Origin: Candidatus Saccharimonadota bacterium
GTDB lineage: Bacteria; Patescibacteriota; Gracilibacteria; UBA4473
Direction of reading: 5' to 3'
NCBI GenBank assembly: GCA_965228485.1
Contig: OZ245819.1
Location: 660,001 to 692,000 of the forward strand
Length of the DNA: 32,000 bases
In this document: piece by piece, positions 17,669-27,291 of the stretch
Layout of the letters: every line of letters starts with the position of its first letter
How positions within the stretch are numbered: the stretch's first letter is position 1
Notes under the pieces: model-generated
What the model was told of the DNA's origin: nothing
The model's database searches: none
What the model saw: the letters and a program-made list of their open reading frames with translations, nothing else
Translations under genes and position numbers: made by a program

Positions 17669-17881
17669 CTACTTGTTCTGACTTCGAGAAATTTGTCGCG
17701 CTTTGTGAATCGTATGTTTTCTCAATCTTGGACAATACTTCCGAGCTGTAAACTCTTTTGGATTAGTATTAGTAGGATTAAGCATAATTTTATAATTCTC
17801 TACTCTTTTCCCTTCATTCTCCATACATTCTGTACAGTAGAGAGCGAAGAATGCGCGTTTTTTTCTACTTGGACGAGCCAT
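17669..17881 (-). CDS. rpmG: 50S ribosomal protein bL33 (with C-terminal extension)
   Basis: ALYCTECMENEGKRVENY...KEFTARKYCPRLRKHTIHKARQ follows the L33 pattern (CxxC...NY...KYCP..rKHt.HkE). 70 aa. Confidence 0.7.
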   Translation of the reverse strand: MARPSRKKRAFFALYCTECMENEGKRVENYKIMLNPTNTNPKEFTARKYCPRLRKHTIHKARQISRSQNK

Positions 17882-17914
17882 TGTATATTTAATTTAAGTA
17901 TTAAAAGCTGGGCG

Positions 17915-17942
17915 ATCATAAAAAGAACGCTCAATCTGTCAA
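17915..17942 (-). promoter_or_regulatory. Promoter of rpmG (TTGACA-16-TATGAT)
   Basis: Minus strand reads aaaTTGACAgattgagcgttcttttTATGATcgcc..., 34 nt upstream of the ATG. Confidence 0.5.
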
Positions 17943-17969
17943 TTTTTTTATGACTTGTTACACGTTAAA

Positions 17970-18272
17970 CTATAAATTTTCAGCCGCTAAAACAATTTCC
18001 GCATCTTCTGGAGCATTAGTTTTCACTCCAGCAATACAAGAAAGCATTTCATCATCTTCAACCATAATGTGCATTGGGCCCACGGCTTCTCGGTCAACAT
18101 GTTCAAAACCTTTTTCGACCTTACATACACAAGTTCTACAAGCGCCCACACCACAAGAAATAGGGATGGCAGCTCCAACATCTTGTGCCTGAGTTGCCAA
18201 TGATTCTTCCGAATTTCCATCGAACTTAACGACTTCTCCTCCATTGGAATCTTTAATAATAACTTTTGCCAT
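17970..18272 (-). CDS. 2Fe-2S ferredoxin (plant/adrenodoxin-like fold)
   Basis: Cys ligand pattern C-x4-C-x2-C ... C (SCGVGACRTC ... LSCIA). 100 aa. Confidence 0.75.
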   Translation of the reverse strand: MAKVIIKDSNGGEVVKFDGNSEESLATQAQDVGAAIPISCGVGACRTCVCKVEKGFEHVDREAVGPMHIMVEDDEMLSCIAGVKTNAPEDAEIVLAAENL

Positions 18273-18368
18273 TCTTTAAAAAATTATTCGGTCATAGACT
18301 AGGCAAGCTCATAACTAAAATCAAATTCTCATTTGAGTTTTTCTGTGTTTTTCACTAGAAATATCCTG

Positions 18369-18845
18369 ATGTTAACGATTCTCACAGGCTCAGATAATAA
18401 GATTCTTCGGAGTACAGCGATTCCTGTAACCAAATTTGATCAAAAACTTCAAGATACAGCTGATGCTATGATAGATACTATGCTTAACCCAGAAGGGCTT
18501 AGTGTTTGTGGAATTGGCATTGCCGCTAACCAAGTTGGGATTCTTGAACAGATTATGATTGTTACTTTTAATGTTGAAACTAATAAAGAACCCAAAATTG
18601 TAGCGATGATTAATCCTGAAGTAGTTTCTTTTTCAAAAAATGAAATTGTTATGGAAGAAGGATGTTTGAGCCTACCGCAAACCTACGGCAAAGTTTCTCG
18701 ACCAGCTAAAGTCCATGTGCGTTGGCAAAACCTTGAAGGTAATTGGTGTGAAAAAAAGCTAGATAAATGGGATGCGAGAGTATTTCAACACGAATATGAT
18801 CACCTTCACGGAAAGCTTTTTATCGATTATTTACCAACAAAGTAA
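18369..18845 (+). CDS. def: Peptide deformylase
   Basis: All three motifs are present: GIGIAANQVG, EGCLS, QHEYDHLHG. The ATG at 18369 (MLTILTGSDNKILR) fits Def N-termini better than the TTG at 18333 used by the track. Confidence 0.9.
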   Translation: MLTILTGSDNKILRSTAIPVTKFDQKLQDTADAMIDTMLNPEGLSVCGIGIAANQVGILEQIMIVTFNVETNKEPKIVAMINPEVVSFSKNEIVMEEGCLSLPQTYGKVSRPAKVHVRWQNLEGNWCEKKLDKWDARVFQHEYDHLHGKLFIDYLPTK

Positions 18846-18907
18846 TCTTTTGCTTTTCACTATCAGTTTCTTACAATTCGGCCTGATTTATCCACTTTAA
18901 AATCAAA

Positions 18908-20746
18908 ATGAAAAAATTTGGACCAAAAAACCTTCCCAATCGTAATAACCCTTTTAACTATCTAATAATTATTGCCCTCATTGGAGCTACTTTTGTTTTG
19001 ATGATGCAAGATCAGTTAGGGACAAGCTATAAAAAAACTGAAGAAATTGCTATTTCTGAATTGCTTCAAAAATATAACGATGAAAATCTAAAAAGCATTG
19101 AAATCAAAGATCAAAAAATTACCGCTGAAGATAGCGAAGGAAATCGTTTTGTAACCTACAAAGAAGCGGGGGCAAATATTCGAGATCTTGGCCTCAACGA
19201 TAAATCTATCAAAACAACCGTTAAAGTAGTAGATACTTCTGGATCAAAAGCGTGGCTCAACCTTTTAATTGGGTTTGGACCTTTTGTAATTCTATTTCTA
19301 CTTATTTACCTATTTACTCGAAAAGCTGGTGGCATGGGTGGAGAAAATGGACCTTTTGGATTTGGGAAGTCTCGAGCAAAGGTTTATGACAAAACTAAAC
19401 ATCAAACCAAATTCGACGATGTGGCAGGAGCTGACGAAGCCAAAGAAGATGTTACCGAACTTGTAGACTTTCTACGTCACCCTAAAAAATATACCAAAGC
19501 GGGAGCAAAAATCCCAAAAGGAATTCTTTTGGTTGGTCCTCCTGGTACAGGAAAAACGCTTCTTGCTCGAGCTATTGCAGGCGAAGCAAATGTTCCATTC
19601 TTCTCCGTCTCTGGTTCTGAGTTTGTAGAGATGTTTGTAGGAGTTGGTGCTAGTCGAGTGAGAGACTTATTCAAAACAGCCAAGAGAAATGCCCCGGCTA
19701 TTATTTTTATCGATGAAATTGATGCCATCGGTAAACAGCGAGGAACTGGTGGTTCTGGAGGTCATGACGAACGAGAGCAAACTTTAAATCAAATCCTTAC
19801 GGAAATGGATGGATTTGAGCCCGATAGCTCTGTGATCATTATTGCAGCAACTAATAGGCCTGATATTCTTGATAAAGCGCTACTCCGACCGGGACGATTT
19901 GATAGAAGAGTTCATATCGATCTTCCTGATATGGAAGCTCGAGAAAAAATCCTCAAATTACACGCTCGAAATAAAAAGCTAAATACCAAGGTAAATCTTA
20001 AAGCCGTCGCCTCAAAAACCGTAGGATTTTCAGGAGCCGACATTGAGAACGTGATGAATGAAGGAGCTATTGCTTCTGTAAAAGAACGACGTAAAACCAT
20101 CTCTCAAGAAGATCTTGATAATGCGGTTGAAAAAGTATCACTAGGGCCCGCTCGGAAATCTCGACGGATTACTGATGAAGAACGGAAAATTATCGCTTAT
20201 CACGAGGTGGGTCATGCTATTGCCGGGCACTTCACTGAGAATTGTGAACCTGTACATAAAATCTCAATCATCTCTCGAGGAGGAGCCCTTGGAGTCACCT
20301 GGTTCTTACCAGAAGAAGACAAATACCTTCACTCTGAACAAAAAATGAAAGATGAAATGGTAAGCCTTCATGGAGGACGAATTGCTGAAAGACTTATTTT
20401 TGGACAAACTACAACTGGAGCTTCAAATGATCTGGAAAGAATTACTGGAATTGCTCGATCTATGGTGATGACTTACGGAATGGGAGATAATTCAAAAATT
20501 GGACCTGTAGTATTTCAGAAAAAATCTCGAGGTTTTGCTGGAGCTTTAAGCGATGATCAAGGAGAACACAGTGACGACACAGCACAAGCTATTGACGACG
20601 AAGTAAAACGACTTGTCGTAGAAGCTGAAAATCGATGTGAAACCATCCTTAAAAAACATCAGAAACTACTTAAAAAAATTTCTGAAGACTTGCTCGATAA
20701 AGAAAACATCTCAAGGGAAGAATTCTTGGCTTACCTAGAAAAATAA
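18908..20746 (+). CDS. ftsH: ATP-dependent zinc metalloprotease FtsH
   Basis: Two N-terminal TM segments, Walker A GPPGTGKT, Walker [32 protein letters not shown], zinc site HEVGHA. 612 aa. Confidence 0.97.
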   Translation: MKKFGPKNLPNRNNPFNYLIIIALIGATFVLMMQDQLGTSYKKTEEIAISELLQKYNDENLKSIEIKDQKITAEDSEGNRFVTYKEAGANIRDLGLNDKSIKTTVKVVDTSGSKAWLNLLIGFGPFVILFLLIYLFTRKAGGMGGENGPFGFGKSRAKVYDKTKHQTKFDDVAGADEAKEDVTELVDFLRHPKKYTKAGAKIPKGILLVGPPGTGKTLLARAIAGEANVPFFSVSGSEFVEMFVGVGASRVRDLFKTAKRNAPAIIFIDEIDAIGKQRGTGGSGGHDEREQTLNQILTEMDGFEPDSSVIIIAATNRPDILDKALLRPGRFDRRVHIDLPDMEAREKILKLHARNKKLNTKVNLKAVASKTVGFSGADIENVMNEGAIASVKERRKTISQEDLDNAVEKVSLGPARKSRRITDEERKIIAYHEVGHAIAGHFTENCEPVHKISIISRGGALGVTWFLPEEDKYLHSEQKMKDEMVSLHGGRIAERLIFGQTTTGASNDLERITGIARSMVMTYGMGDNSKIGPVVFQKKSRGFAGALSDDQGEHSDDTAQAIDDEVKRLVVEAENRCETILKKHQKLLKKISEDLLDKENISREEFLAYLEK

Positions 20747-21366
20747 TGTTTGTACTTTGGCAAAAATTGATGAATAAAAAGATGAATAAACGTGGAAAAA
20801 TTTTCTTCTTTTCTGGACCCTCTGGTGTTGGGAAAGGAACTTTGATTAACTATCTACGGGAAACTAAAACCGATTGGGTTTTCCCTCCAAGTTGCACTAC
20901 TCGAGCCCCAAGGCCAAGAGAAAAAGATGGAGAAACTTACTTTTTTATCACTAAAGAAGAATTTGAACAACGCATTGAAGCTGGAGAGTTTCTAGAATAC
21001 GCTCATGTTCATGGAGAAACTTACTATGGAACTCTAAAGGATAAAATCCTAGAACCAATAAAAGCTGGGCAAATTGTAATAAGAGAATTTGATGTACAGG
21101 GATTTTCGCAAGCGAGAGAAAGACTCGATCGAGAAGATTTTGTCTCTATCTTTCTGAGACCCGCAGATAGCATGGATACCCTTGTAAAAAGAATTAAAGA
21201 ACGAGCTCCTATAACTGAAGAAGAGTTAGAAAAAAGAATGAAATCAATGGAAAAAGAGCTTGAATTATCAGATATCTATGACTACCAAATCTTTTCTGAA
21301 GATGGCAACCTAGACAAGCTATTTAATGATGCAGAAGCTATTATTTCGCAGGAACTAGAAAGTTAA
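20746..21366 (+). CDS. gmk: Guanylate kinase
   Basis: SGPSGVGKGT P-loop and TTRAPRPREKDGETYFF. The start is uncertain. The ATG at 20746 overlaps the ftsH stop (TAATG). ATGs at 20770 or 20782 (MNKRGKIFFFSGPSG) give a more typical N-terminus. Confidence 0.88.
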   Translation: MFVLWQKLMNKKMNKRGKIFFFSGPSGVGKGTLINYLRETKTDWVFPPSCTTRAPRPREKDGETYFFITKEEFEQRIEAGEFLEYAHVHGETYYGTLKDKILEPIKAGQIVIREFDVQGFSQARERLDREDFVSIFLRPADSMDTLVKRIKERAPITEEELEKRMKSMEKELELSDIYDYQIFSEDGNLDKLFNDAEAIISQELES

Positions 21367-22889
21367 TTGTTCACCTTTGGTCGGTATTGTATAGCTTCAG
21401 CAATATGTTGTACTTCAATTTTTTCGGATACTTCTAGGTCGGCAATAGTTCGTGCTAGTTTTAATAAACGAAAATAGGCCCTCCCACTAAGGTTAAATTT
21501 TTGAACCGCCTGTTTCACCAAAGCTTCTCCCCTTTCATCCAAAGAACAAAACTGCCTTACTATACGAGAAGACATTTCTGCATTACTCGTTATATTAAAT
21601 TCTTTTAACCTCTGAATCTGGATATCTCGCGCTTTCTGAACTCTCTCCCGAACAGAGAGAGAAGATTCACTTTCTTGGACACATTTTAATTTATCAAAAT
21701 CAACCCTTGGCACATCTATGTGTAGATCTATTCTATCAAGGATAGGTCCTGATATTTTTTGTTGATAACGCTGAATTGAAAACGGAGTATCAGTGCAGTC
21801 TTTTTCTGGATCATTAAGATAACCACATGGACAAGGATTCATAGCTGCAATAAGGCTAAATTTTGCTGGATAAGTAATGGTACTGGAAGAGCGAGAAATA
21901 GTAATACGACCATCTTCCAGTGGTTGTCTCATAACTTCTAGAGTTTTTGCAGAAAACTCAGCAAATTCATCCAAAAATAAAACCCCTCTATGAGCTAGGG
22001 ATATCTCCCCTGGGCAGGGAGGATTTCCACCTCCCACAATGGCCACTCCAGAAGCTGTATGATGAACGGATCGAAAAGGTCTAGAGCACATTACCGGATG
22101 TTTTGTATTGGTATACCCAGCAATAGAATGAATTTTTGTTATTTCCAAACTCTCATCCAATGTCAGTTGAGGCAAAATAGTGCTAAAAGCTCTTGCCAGC
22201 ATTGTTTTTCCAGAACCTGGTGGTCCAACCATTAAAAGATTATGCCCTCCTGCAGCCGCAATTTCAAGAGCTCTCTTGGCCGTTTCATTGCCTTTGATCT
22301 GCTTAAAGTCAAAATCTTCATCAAATAATTGTTCTTGCCCTTCCCAAGAAGTATAGGGGGTTAAAGCCACCCCTTCATTGGTATGAAAAAAATTAACTAA
22401 TTGAGACAAAGTACCAACCCCATAAACACTTATTCCCTCCACAACCGAAGCTTCATAAACATTCTGTTCTGGGACAAATATATATTCAAATCCTAAGTCC
22501 TTAGCGGCAATAACTGTAGGCAAAATTCCTGTAACCGGTCTTAAGTCTCCACTAAAACTCAGTTCCCCTAAAAATATCGCTTTTTTAAATTCTTTAGGGA
22601 TAACAACCTGATTTCTAGATTCAAGAATGCCGAGTGCAATGGCTAAATCAAAACGCGGACCATGTTTCCGAACATCTGCAGGTGCGAGATTAACCGCTAT
22701 TTTCCCTGTTGGAAACTCAAACCCTGATTGCTTTATTGCGGTTCTGACACGCTCTCTAGACTCTTGAATAGCTGTATCGGTTAGTCCCACAATGCTAAAA
22801 CTTGGCAGACCTCTATTAGTATCAATTTCAATATTCACAACCTCTCCTTCTAACCCCGTAAGACTAATACTAGATATCTTTGATAACAT
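21363..22889 (-). CDS. comM: YifB/ComM family Mg-chelatase-like AAA+ ATPase
   Basis: Lon-protease-like N-domain, Walker A GPPGSGKTM, Walker B GVLFLDEFAEF, and a ChlI-like C-terminal domain ending HIAEAIQYR. 508 aa. Confidence 0.9.
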   Translation of the reverse strand: MLSKISSISLTGLEGEVVNIEIDTNRGLPSFSIVGLTDTAIQESRERVRTAIKQSGFEFPTGKIAVNLAPADVRKHGPRFDLAIALGILESRNQVVIPKEFKKAIFLGELSFSGDLRPVTGILPTVIAAKDLGFEYIFVPEQNVYEASVVEGISVYGVGTLSQLVNFFHTNEGVALTPYTSWEGQEQLFDEDFDFKQIKGNETAKRALEIAAAGGHNLLMVGPPGSGKTMLARAFSTILPQLTLDESLEITKIHSIAGYTNTKHPVMCSRPFRSVHHTASGVAIVGGGNPPCPGEISLAHRGVLFLDEFAEFSAKTLEVMRQPLEDGRITISRSSSTITYPAKFSLIAAMNPCPCGYLNDPEKDCTDTPFSIQRYQQKISGPILDRIDLHIDVPRVDFDKLKCVQESESSLSVRERVQKARDIQIQRLKEFNITSNAEMSSRIVRQFCSLDERGEALVKQAVQKFNLSGRAYFRLLKLARTIADLEVSEKIEVQHIAEAIQYRPKVNN

Positions 22890-22970
22890 GATTGAAATTC
22901 TCGATGAAAAAGACAGATTCTCAAGCCTTAATCCATAGTAAAACTTAATATTTTCAGATCACACAAAAGT

Positions 22971-22999
22971 TTGAAAAAATACTCTATTTATGCTAGAAT
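22971..22999 (+). promoter_or_regulatory. Promoter (TTGAAA-17-TAGAAT) for the isomerase-like/tsaB-like gene pair
   Basis: TTGAAA at 22971-22976, 17-nt spacer, TAGAAT at 22994-22999, 24 nt before the ATG at 23024. Confidence 0.5.
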
Positions 23000-23023
23000 T
23001 AGACGAATACACATAAAACAAAA

Positions 23024-23785
23024 ATGCTTTTATTTCACACAGACAATCTGGGGCATCATGGATTAGAAACCACATTCAGACTTGCCAAAGAGGCAGGATT
23101 TGATGGTATAGAGGTAGGAATTAATCATAATTTTGATACTCAGAATGTTGAATACCTAAAATCACTAGAAGAAAGATACCAAATACCAATTAAAGCATTT
23201 TCTATGGCCACGAAGGGGGAAGAAAAACTCTTAAAACCCTTTCAAGAAACGGTTAAACAGTTCCGGAATGTGACTATCAATATTCACGCTCCAGATAATC
23301 TCTCTTTCAAATACAAAAAGTGGGTAAAAGAAATCGCTCCGAAACTAGCAAAAAAATATAACCTCACTCTTTGTAGAAGAAACGTTCCCTTTGAAGCCGT
23401 TCTTGGCATTTTCCCAAAAAGATCTGAGAATACTCTCGAATCTCTTCGAGCTCAAGGTTATGTTTGTGCTGATTTGACGGCGCTGGGAAGATCAAACGTT
23501 AGAATCATGGAATCTATTAAGGTTTTAGGAACACACCTAAAGCATGTGTACCTTTCAGATGTGTACAAAGGGCAGCCGTATGCTTTCCCAGGAGTAGGAA
23601 TTCTCGAACTACGAGATTACCTAAGCAAATTGGCTCAAATTGACTATAGAGGAAACTTCACTCTATACGTTCGAGGACTACATTTAAAGGAAGGTGATGA
23701 TAAAAAAACTCTCGAAAAAATGATTGAAGCTCGAGAGTTTTACGAAAAATACTTTATCCAAGAACTAGAATCTGGATTAGAATAA
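23024..23785 (+). CDS. Xylose-isomerase-like TIM-barrel protein (sugar phosphate isomerase/epimerase family)
   Basis: LETTFRLAKEAGFDGIEVGI and HLKHVYLSD resemble the AP_endonuc_2 / TIM-barrel family. 253 aa. Substrate unknown. Confidence 0.55.
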   Translation: MLLFHTDNLGHHGLETTFRLAKEAGFDGIEVGINHNFDTQNVEYLKSLEERYQIPIKAFSMATKGEEKLLKPFQETVKQFRNVTINIHAPDNLSFKYKKWVKEIAPKLAKKYNLTLCRRNVPFEAVLGIFPKRSENTLESLRAQGYVCADLTALGRSNVRIMESIKVLGTHLKHVYLSDVYKGQPYAFPGVGILELRDYLSKLAQIDYRGNFTLYVRGLHLKEGDDKKTLEKMIEAREFYEKYFIQELESGLE

Positions 23786-23789
23786 ACAC

Positions 23790-24371
23790 GTGAAGCTTAT
23801 CATTAATACCAGTTTTCTCCCTTATTTTTGTACGCTATTTGATGGTAGCGATAACTTGATCGATTCCTGTTTCTGGGAAGATGGAAAAAGCAGCAGCACC
23901 ATAATTTGGGGTTTCTTTAGTAAACACGAAATTAAAAAACAATCTGTAGATTTTATTGGTGCGGTTACAGGCCCTGGAGGATTTAGCCATCTCAGAACTA
24001 GTAGTGTCATAATGCATGCGTTGAAATTTTATTTTCAACTTCCTATACACCAAGCAAGAGCCGATAAAATCATTTCAAACTTTTTAACTCAAAAAGGACA
24101 CTCATCGCACTTTCTTCTGAACTCCTTTGGACAAGGATTCTTTGTCCCTAAAGAAGAAAATATCATTCGCTATGAAAATTTTGAAGCCCTACCCCAAAGA
24201 ATAAAAGAAACTCCCCAGTGGATTAGTTTATTACCTGAAGAAAAACAAAAACACTTCAATAATACTATTATTTGCTCACTAGAAGGCATTGAAAAATCAA
24301 CACTCCAGGTATTGCAAAAGAAAGCACCTAAGAACAGTTTTGTTCCTGATTACGAATATCCTCCAGTTTAA
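23790..24371 (+). CDS. tsaB: TsaB (YeaZ)-like tRNA t6A biosynthesis protein, short divergent form
   Basis: GTG start 4 nt after the upstream stop. MKLIINTS (versus the usual iDTS) and FIGAVTGPGGFSHLRTSSVIMHALKFYFQLPIH match the GPGSFTGlRig..akgl core of TsaB. 193 aa. Confidence 0.5.
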   Translation: MKLIINTSFLPYFCTLFDGSDNLIDSCFWEDGKSSSTIIWGFFSKHEIKKQSVDFIGAVTGPGGFSHLRTSSVIMHALKFYFQLPIHQARADKIISNFLTQKGHSSHFLLNSFGQGFFVPKEENIIRYENFEALPQRIKETPQWISLLPEEKQKHFNNTIICSLEGIEKSTLQVLQKKAPKNSFVPDYEYPPV

Positions 24372-24928
24372 GACTGGTTGCTAAGAAAGAATTTTATGAG
24401 ATCTTCAGTTGATAGGTCTTCTGGAGCTTCTCCTAAAACAAATTTAACGGTCGATTCATCATAACCCAAACTTTTCAAAGCCTCGGTAGCTTCTTGCTTG
24501 TTTACTGAAGTCTGCACAACTTCTTCACTCAAATCAATTTTACCTTTCAGTTCCACAATTAATTTCTGAGCCATCTTCTTCCCAATTCCTGGAGTCTGCA
24601 TTACAAAGTCCACATCACCTCTATCAATCGCAGAAATAAATTCTCCTACAGGCTGACTTAAGATCTGCAAAGCCATCTTAGGCCCAACACCCGAAATCCC
24701 AATAAGCTTCTCAAAAAACTGTCGTTCCTCTAAAGTTTCAAACCCATATAAAGATATTTCTTGCTCTCTCACTAAAGTATGTACAAAACAAGTAAGCAGA
24801 CCATCAAGGTTACATTTGGAGAGCAAAGACCCTGTTGGGAATAACTCGTATCCAACTCCTGCAGTAGTAACCACAATAATTGTTTTTGGTAAAACCTGTA
24901 AAACCCGTCCCTCTAAATACCCAATCAT
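24368..24928 (-). CDS. ruvA: Holliday junction DNA helicase subunit RuvA
   Basis: Canonical MIGYLEGRV start at 24928. HhH motifs GISGVGPKMALQIL and TPGIGKKMAQKLI. The 23 extra N-terminal codons in the track run into the tRNA gene and are rejected. Confidence 0.9.
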   Translation of the reverse strand: MIGYLEGRVLQVLPKTIIVVTTAGVGYELFPTGSLLSKCNLDGLLTCFVHTLVREQEISLYGFETLEERQFFEKLIGISGVGPKMALQILSQPVGEFISAIDRGDVDFVMQTPGIGKKMAQKLIVELKGKIDLSEEVVQTSVNKQEATEALKSLGYDESTVKFVLGEAPEDLSTEDLIKFFLSNQS

Positions 24929-24948
24929 TGCGATATAATTTAAATAAA

Positions 24949-25025
<77 letters not shown>

Positions 25026-25036
25026 TGATCAAGCGC

Positions 25037-25064
25037 ATTCTAAGGCTATTTTTTATTTTAGCAA
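25037..25064 (-). promoter_or_regulatory. Promoter of the tRNA-Ala (and probably ruvA) transcript (TTGCTA-16-TAGAAT)
   Basis: Minus strand reads TTGCTAaaataaaaaatagcctTAGAATgcgcttgatca followed by the tRNA 5' end. Confidence 0.45.
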
Positions 25065-25075
25065 ATCATCAATTT

Positions 25076-25765
25076 TTATGCCGCCCCCACTTCTTCTGAA
25101 GATACCTGATAACCGAATCCTCGAACGGTCTGTATTAGGTGTTTTTGAAATGGATCGTCAACCTTAGAACGAAGAGCCCTCATATGAACATTAAGTTTAT
25201 TTGAGTTATGCTCTTTTAAGTTCCCCCAAGCAACCCGAATAAGCTCTTCTGTTGTGACGACTCTATCTTTATTTCTCAAAAGCTCAGAAAGAATAACAAA
25301 CTCTTTTTTTGTGAGTCTTATTGGTTTTCCCGCTCTCCGAACGATCATATCTGAAAGATTTAGAGTCAAATCATCACAGAAGAATAGATTTTTGCTTGCC
25401 CCTTTCGATGAACGGCGAATAAGACTTTTAATACGAGCTACTAACTCCTGTACCGCAAAATCTTTGACCATATAATCATCGGCACCAAGATTTAGAGCGG
25501 TAATTTTATCATCTAAAGAATCTCTATTGGAAATTACTAAAATAGGCGTATTATTTTTCATTGCCCGAAGAGCTTTAATAATCTCAAAACCACTCTTTTC
25601 TGGAAGGACAATATCTAAAACAATAACATCATATTTCTCTGTTCGAGCCATTTCAAAGGCCTTATTTCCATCTACCGCGTAATCAATAGCAAATTTCTCT
25701 TTCGATAAAGCTATCTGCAGAATTTCTAAAACACTCGAATTATCTTCAACAATCAAAATTTTCAT
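25076..25765 (-). CDS. OmpR/PhoB-family two-component response regulator
   Basis: Receiver domain (MKILIVEDN, DVIVLDIVLP phospho-Asp region, conserved K in DDYMVKDF). Winged-helix output (RLTKKEFVILSELL..., TVRGFGYQV). 229 aa. Confidence 0.9.
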   Translation of the reverse strand: MKILIVEDNSSVLEILQIALSKEKFAIDYAVDGNKAFEMARTEKYDVIVLDIVLPEKSGFEIIKALRAMKNNTPILVISNRDSLDDKITALNLGADDYMVKDFAVQELVARIKSLIRRSSKGASKNLFFCDDLTLNLSDMIVRRAGKPIRLTKKEFVILSELLRNKDRVVTTEELIRVAWGNLKEHNSNKLNVHMRALRSKVDDPFQKHLIQTVRGFGYQVSSEEVGAA

Positions 25766-25895
25766 AAAGTATATTTAATCAATACCAACCACAAAAATAA
25801 GCAAAAAATTAGGAATGAAAATCAATAAACTTAATTTTTTCTTAATATTTATACAAAAAACTTTTAGAAAAGGCTTGGAAGGAATGCAAATAAAT

Positions 25896-25923
25896 TTGCT
25901 TAAAACTCAAAAGCTTTTATATT
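25896..25923 (+). promoter_or_regulatory. Candidate secY promoter (TTGCTT-16-TATATT)
   Basis: TTGCTT at 25896-25901, TATATT at 25918-25923, 25 nt before the ATG at 25949. Confidence 0.35.
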
Positions 25924-25948
25924 CTCTTAGGTTATTTTTAAACACAGT

Positions 25949-27241
25949 ATGGGAAAAATTCAATCAACACTATTACACATTTTTCAAACAAAATCTCTGA
26001 GAGATAAGATTTTTTTCACTATCGGAGTTTTAGTTTTATTTCGGGTTCTCGCTCATATCACTATTCCTGGTGCAAACGTGGACGCAATCAAGTCTCTTAT
26101 TGAAAACCAAGGAGAAAGTGCTCTTGGAGTCTTTTCTCTCCTTACGGGAGGGGCAATGGAGAACTTCTCTGTAGTTCTTATGGGACTAACACCTTACATC
26201 AATGCATCGATCATTATGCAGCTACTCTGCGTAATCGTTCCGACACTAGAAAATATTAAAAAAGAAGGAGAAGCCGGGCAGCAAAAGATCAACCAGTATA
26301 CTCGACGACTAACGGTTCCGTTAGCCTTCTTTCAGAGTTACGGGATGATGGCCCTAATCAACCGATTTTCCCCAGCTGGAAACATTGTAGACACTTCTGA
26401 TCTCACCATGATGGTTCCAATGATGTTAACTGTAACTGCTGGGACAATGCTTCTTGTATGGCTTGGAGAGCTCATTTCTGAAAAAGGAATTGGAAACGGA
26501 ATCTCTCTACTCATCTTTGCAGGGATCGTTTCAACCGTACCTCAACAAATTGCTGGATCGTTTCAATCAGCTTCACTTCCGATTCTTCTACTACTAATCG
26601 CTGGAACAATCGCTCTTACTATTTTTGTGGTATATGTTACAGAAGCCGAACGACGAGTCTCTGTTATCTATGCTTCAAAACGAAGTAGCCAACAACAAAA
26701 ATCATTTCTTCCTCTCAAGATCAATCAGGCTGGAATGATTCCAATTATTTTCGCTATTTCATTGATTTCATTCCCATCAATTATGGCTCAGTTCGCACAG
26801 AACACTGACAATGCTACAGCAAAAATGATTGCTGATTGGGTAGGAACAAACCTAAATCCGGCGAGCCCATCTGCTGTTTATAATGTAGCGTATGCACTAC
26901 TGATTATCGGATTTACATACTTCTATGTTTCCATTGTTTTTGATCCGAAGAAAATTGCTGAAAATATTCAAAAACGAAGTGGTTTTGTGCCAGGTTACAG
27001 ACCTGGGCAAGAAACGGAGAATTTCCTAGAGACTACTATGGGACGACTTTGCTTCTGGGGAGGTTTATTCTTAGCTTTTGTGGCCATTGCTCCACTGCTA
27101 CTACAACAACAACTTGGTGGAGGTTCTGGAGTAGCCCTTTTCATCTCTGGAGCAGGAATTATCATCGTAGTATCGGTAGTTCTAGACCTTATCAAAAGAA
27201 TAAATACTCAGCTTGTAATGCACGATTACGACAAGCTTTAA
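25949..27241 (+). CDS. secY: Preprotein translocase subunit SecY
   Basis: 430 aa, 10 predicted TM helices. Typical N-terminus (LRDKIFFTIGVLVLFRVLAHITIPG). GNGISLLIFAGI and cytoplasmic loop PGYRPGQETENFL. Confidence 0.93.
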   Translation: MGKIQSTLLHIFQTKSLRDKIFFTIGVLVLFRVLAHITIPGANVDAIKSLIENQGESALGVFSLLTGGAMENFSVVLMGLTPYINASIIMQLLCVIVPTLENIKKEGEAGQQKINQYTRRLTVPLAFFQSYGMMALINRFSPAGNIVDTSDLTMMVPMMLTVTAGTMLLVWLGELISEKGIGNGISLLIFAGIVSTVPQQIAGSFQSASLPILLLLIAGTIALTIFVVYVTEAERRVSVIYASKRSSQQQKSFLPLKINQAGMIPIIFAISLISFPSIMAQFAQNTDNATAKMIADWVGTNLNPASPSAVYNVAYALLIIGFTYFYVSIVFDPKKIAENIQKRSGFVPGYRPGQETENFLETTMGRLCFWGGLFLAFVAIAPLLLQQQLGGGSGVALFISGAGIIIVVSVVLDLIKRINTQLVMHDYDKL

Positions 27242-27263
27242 TAAAGATTTAAAATATGAACAT

Positions 27264-27291
27264 AAAAAAAATCGCCAATGGCGGTTTTTTT
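27264..27291. terminator. Bidirectional terminator between convergent secY and the Crp/Fnr gene
   Basis: Seven A, then atcgcc-aat-ggcggt, then seven T. The stem is short (5-6 bp) but the flanks are symmetric. Confidence 0.5.

Noticed and set aside
25811-25899. Direct repeat AGGAATG(A/C)AAAT (25811-25822 and 25880-25891) and palindrome GCAAAT-AA-ATTTGC (25886-25899) in the response-regulator/secY divergent region, as possible operator sites
   Set aside because: The elements are short and AT-rich, within a 183-nt AT-rich spacer. By a rough estimate an 11/12 match is not improbable by chance. No second copy elsewhere in the window supports a motif.
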